DNA of 64,000 bases from an uncultured delta proteobacterium. Lineage in GTDB: Bacteria > Myxococcota_A > Polyangia > Polyangiales > Polyangiaceae. The translations under genes and the position numbers were made by a program. Shown here piece by piece: positions 60,875 to 64,000 of the stretch (its first letter is position 1; every line of letters begins with the position of its first letter). The notes under the pieces are model-generated. The model was given only the letters and a program-made list of their open reading frames with translations, did no database searches and had not been told where the DNA came from. The stretch covers positions 1,056,001-1,120,000 of the forward strand of contig CAVOKF010000005.1 of NCBI GenBank assembly GCA_963696385.1. The letters are read 5' to 3'.

Positions 60875-62842
60875 TTGGAGAAGAGGCACATTCCGGAGGT
60901 TGGGCACCCTGCGCGACGGTATCCTCCGAAGGTGGGCGGTCCCGCGCGGCTCATTCGCGGCACAGTCGCGGTCGGCGTCTCGGCCGCCGCAATGTCGCTC
61001 TGTCCGTCCCGCGCGCTCGCGCAATCGACCCCCAATGCCGTCACGAACGGCGATGGGTTCGACACGCACCTCTTTCGCCCGGCGATGGACTCGAAGGGGC
61101 TCTTCACCGTCAACGGCACGGACGTGCTCGGAGCAAAGGAGTTCAGCGTCGGTCTCGTCATGGACTACGGGCATGCCCTGCTTCGGACACCCGGAGGCGG
61201 GCAGCTCATCGACCACTCATTTCAAGGAACGCTCCAGGGCAACTACGGCATCCTGAATCAGCTGGTGGTCGGTCTCGATGTGCCCGTCGACCTAGAGTCC
61301 GGCGGCGCGACGACCGATCCCGAATACACGGGCCTGTGGAGCTCCCAGAAGCTCGCATTCCAAGGCATCGGGTACCTCGGCGCGCATGCCAAATGGCGCA
61401 TCACCCGGGTGGAGCGAGGTTTCGGCGTCGCGGTGGGGTTGCAGCTCGGCGTCGGTCTGGGAGACGCCGCGGCAAACGCCGCTGCCGACGCCGGGTTCTT
61501 CTATTGGCCCATGCTGATGCTGGAGAAACGGTTTGGGCGGACGGGCCAGTTTCGGATCGCGCTCAACGGAGGCTATAGGGGGCATTCCGCGAGCACGACG
61601 ACGTTGCCGCTGCGCCACGGCACTTTCTCGGACGGCAGTCTGTTTACCTACGGCGGCGGCCTGAGTTTTCGGGTTCTGGAGTCGGTCGATCTTGTCGCGG
61701 AGACGTACGCCACGGTTCTGCTGGGGGACGCGGATCCAGGCGTCAGGATGAGCAACGAAGTCGTCGGCGGGCTCAAGCTCTTCGTCGAACGCAACTCGTA
61801 CATGATGATCGGTGCCGGCCCACGATACACGAATGGCTTCGAGACGGCCGACCAGCGGGTGTTTCTGGGTTTCGTCTTCGAGCCGTCGATCGGCGATCGC
61901 GACGGTGACGGGATCAAGGACGACGTCGACAAGTGCCCCGACGATCCCGAAGACTTCGACGGTTTCAACGACGAAGACGGCTGCCCGGATCCCGACAACG
62001 ACAATGACGGCATTCCCGACGTGGACGACCGGTGCCCGAACATCCCGGAAGACCGCGACGGCTTTCAGGACGCGGACGGCTGTCCGGAGGGCAAGGACGG
62101 CGATCGCGACGGCGACGGCATCCCGGACTCGAAGGACAAGTGCCCGGACGAACCCGAAGATCGCGACGGCTTCCAGGATGCCGACGGGTGCCCCGATCCG
62201 GACAACGACAACGACGGAATTCCGGACAAGATGGACCAGTGTCCGAATGACCCCGAAGACAAAGACGGATGGCAGGACGCCGATGGCTGCCCGGATCCGG
62301 ACAACGACCACGACGGCATTCCCGACGTGAAGGACAAGTGCCCCAACGAACCCGAGACATACAACGGTTTCGAGGACGAGGACGGATGTCCAGACACGGG
62401 AAGTGTCATTATTCAGGACAACAACATCGTCATCCTCGACAAGATCCAGTTCGCGTACAACTCGGCAGAGATCCTTCCGGCGTCGGACAAGATCCTCGAC
62501 GCCGTCGCGACGACGCTGTCGCACCACCCGGAGTTTGCTCTGATCGAAGTGGCGGGGCACGCCGATGAACGCGGGAGTGACGACTACAACCTGCGGCTCA
62601 CACAAGATCGAGTGAACTCGGTCGTGCGCGCACTCATCGCTCGGGGGCTTGACCACGTACGATTGCGCAGCAAAGGGTACGGCAAGTTCTGCCCTCTGGA
62701 CATGGGGCATAGCGAAGCCGCGTGGGAGCAAAACCGGCGCGTCGAGTTCAAGATCGTCAAGACCCAGGACGGGCCGACGGGTGTCGAACTCGGCTGCCCG
62801 AATGCCACCCAGCACGGCGTCGCTCCCGAACCGGTTCCCTAG
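60875..62842 (+). CDS. Outer-membrane protein: beta-barrel-like N-domain, TSP3 repeats, OmpA C-domain (TraB-like architecture)
   Basis: FRPAMDSKG N-domain, five TSP3 repeats, IQFAYNSAEI, VAGHADERG, NRRVEF. The true start may be somewhat downstream. Confidence 0.88.
   Translation: MEKRHIPEVGHPARRYPPKVGGPARLIRGTVAVGVSAAAMSLCPSRALAQSTPNAVTNGDGFDTHLFRPAMDSKGLFTVNGTDVLGAKEFSVGLVMDYGHALLRTPGGGQLIDHSFQGTLQGNYGILNQLVVGLDVPVDLESGGATTDPEYTGLWSSQKLAFQGIGYLGAHAKWRITRVERGFGVAVGLQLGVGLGDAAANAAADAGFFYWPMLMLEKRFGRTGQFRIALNGGYRGHSASTTTLPLRHGTFSDGSLFTYGGGLSFRVLESVDLVAETYATVLLGDADPGVRMSNEVVGGLKLFVERNSYMMIGAGPRYTNGFETADQRVFLGFVFEPSIGDRDGDGIKDDVDKCPDDPEDFDGFNDEDGCPDPDNDNDGIPDVDDRCPNIPEDRDGFQDADGCPEGKDGDRDGDGIPDSKDKCPDEPEDRDGFQDADGCPDPDNDNDGIPDKMDQCPNDPEDKDGWQDADGCPDPDNDHDGIPDVKDKCPNEPETYNGFEDEDGCPDTGSVIIQDNNIVILDKIQFAYNSAEILPASDKILDAVATTLSHHPEFALIEVAGHADERGSDDYNLRLTQDRVNSVVRALIARGLDHVRLRSKGYGKFCPLDMGHSEAAWEQNRRVEFKIVKTQDGPTGVELGCPNATQHGVAPEPVP
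61895..62394 (+). repeat. Five tandem ~33-aa TSP3-like repeats
   Basis: D.D.DGI.D..D.CP..PE...G..D.DGCP repeated five times; also visible as ~99-bp DNA repeats. Confidence 0.9.
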
Positions 62843-62901
62843 AGCCATTCGAGGGGCCGGCGCCGGCCCGCCTTGCCCCCCGGGCGCCACCGCGACGCGG
62901 C

Positions 62902-64000
62902 TTACTGCCTCCTCTGGGCGAGAACGGCGCGTGCTTGCTGGACACACGCCTTGTCGCCGAGGTCCTTGCACGTGCTGATGAGGAGCCGGACTTCTGCGTC
63001 GGAGGCCTTGCCGCCGTAGACGCGGGCCTCGAGCTCCTGTTTCAAGGCGAGCTTCGAGTCCGGCGTTCCTAGAAGCGCCAGCTGGCGTTCGCGCTCTTCG
63101 ACGCCCCCGGCCCCGGGGCCTGCCGTGGCGGTACTGGCTGCCACTGCCGGAGAGCTGGGCAATGGCGCGGCGACCAGTCCACTCCGCCGGGTTGCGTCGC
63201 TCCGTGTCGCGGCCGCGCTCGCGTCCTGCCGATCGCGGCTCTTCGACGGTGCCGACGAAGCGCGTGACAGATCCAGAGCGTTGGTCGGCTCGGCGCCCGA
63301 ATTCGCGTCGAGTTGCTGCAAGCGGTCTGCGGCCAAACCGCGGTGTGCGGGATCGACCCCGATGCTCTGCGCGACGCGATTGTACAAGTCACGTTTGGCC
63401 GAGATGTTGGCGATCCCGTCCGCTCGGGCGATGATCGACTCGGCCCACCGGCTCTCGACCTCTCTGAATTCCTCCGTATCGCGCCACCGCGACGACTTTG
63501 GAAAAGCGGCGTCGAGCTTCGCGTGCGCGGTTTCGCAGTCTCCCCTGTCGCACTGCTTTCTCGCTTCCGCAAGGACCGCCTGCTCCGGTGACGACGTCGC
63601 GGCGGGCCCCGATGCTCGCATCCGCGGCCGTGTGTAGGCCCAGGCACCCATCGCGCCAGCCGCAACGATCACGGCGAATACGGCGACGGGCAGGCTACGG
63701 TACGGATACCCGGCTCGAGCCGCACTCACCTTGCGGGCGCTGAGCATCGTGAACTCTTGGCCTCCGGCGGGCCTGAATATTTGCCCGGCGCCGACGAACT
63801 TGAATCGAACGTCGCCGAGCTCGATGATGTCGCCCGGCTCCACGATACCGCGGCGAAGATCGGCACCGTTGACGCGCACGCCGTTGCTCGACCCCTTGTC
63901 GACGATCTCGAACCTGCCGTCGCCGAGCGCGTGGACTTCGCAGTGGAGCCGCGACACCGAGTTGTGATTGACCGAGACGGTGGCATCCTCCGCGCGGCCA
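62902..64000 (-). CDS. FHA-domain membrane protein (5' part outside the window)
   Basis: GRAEDATVSVNHNSVSRLHC...DKGSSNGVRVNG...GDIIELG, then a TM helix and helical C-terminus. Confidence 0.85.
   Translation of the reverse strand, partial: GRAEDATVSVNHNSVSRLHCEVHALGDGRFEIVDKGSSNGVRVNGADLRRGIVEPGDIIELGDVRFKFVGAGQIFRPAGGQEFTMLSARKVSAARAGYPYRSLPVAVFAVIVAAGAMGAWAYTRPRMRASGPAATSSPEQAVLAEARKQCDRGDCETAHAKLDAAFPKSSRWRDTEEFREVESRWAESIIARADGIANISAKRDLYNRVAQSIGVDPAHRGLAADRLQQLDANSGAEPTNALDLSRASSAPSKSRDRQDASAAATRSDATRRSGLVAAPLPSSPAVAASTATAGPGAGGVEERERQLALLGTPDSKLALKQELEARVYGGKASDAEVRLLISTCKDLGDKACVQQARAVLAQRRQ

Noticed and set aside
61895..62394. ~99-bp tandem DNA repeats as a possible CRISPR array
   Set aside because: They are in-frame degenerate TSP3 protein repeats with no unique spacers and no cas genes.

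Overview
High-GC bacterial chromosome segment whose gene content points to a myxobacterium, probably Polyangiaceae/Sorangiineae-like. The evidence is TSP3/OmpA outer-membrane proteins, a zinc-ribbon/GYF GltJ-like protein, FHA proteins, a Ser/Thr kinase fold, a sigma-54 activator and an FGE-sulfatase protein. This assignment is an inference. Most of the window is core genome: hrpA, tmRNA (ssrA) near sspB, pssA, cpoB, ccsA-hemA and hemC, purL/purQ, an E2 acyltransferase, rsmB, rseP, lpxK and rpmH-rnpA-yidD-yidC-jag. I saw no integrase, transposase, CRISPR array, rRNA or tRNA. Six genes are broken by single-base insertions, most likely sequencing or assembly errors. The most interesting signals are: (1) a luciferase-free class-III aminotransferase + LuxE + LuxC operon, a candidate acid-to-aldehyde-to-amine pathway, behind an FHA-GGDEF gene; (2) a candidate three-stem-loop sRNA with a C-rich anti-Shine-Dalgarno loop between namZ and purL; (3) a structured, RBS-sequestering 5' leader on a KimA-like transporter; (4) several apparent pseudoenzymes: a fully degenerate kinase, a PLP-lysine-less dehydratase and a degenerate HD-GYP/REC hub. 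All family assignments come from motif recognition by eye, with no database searches.
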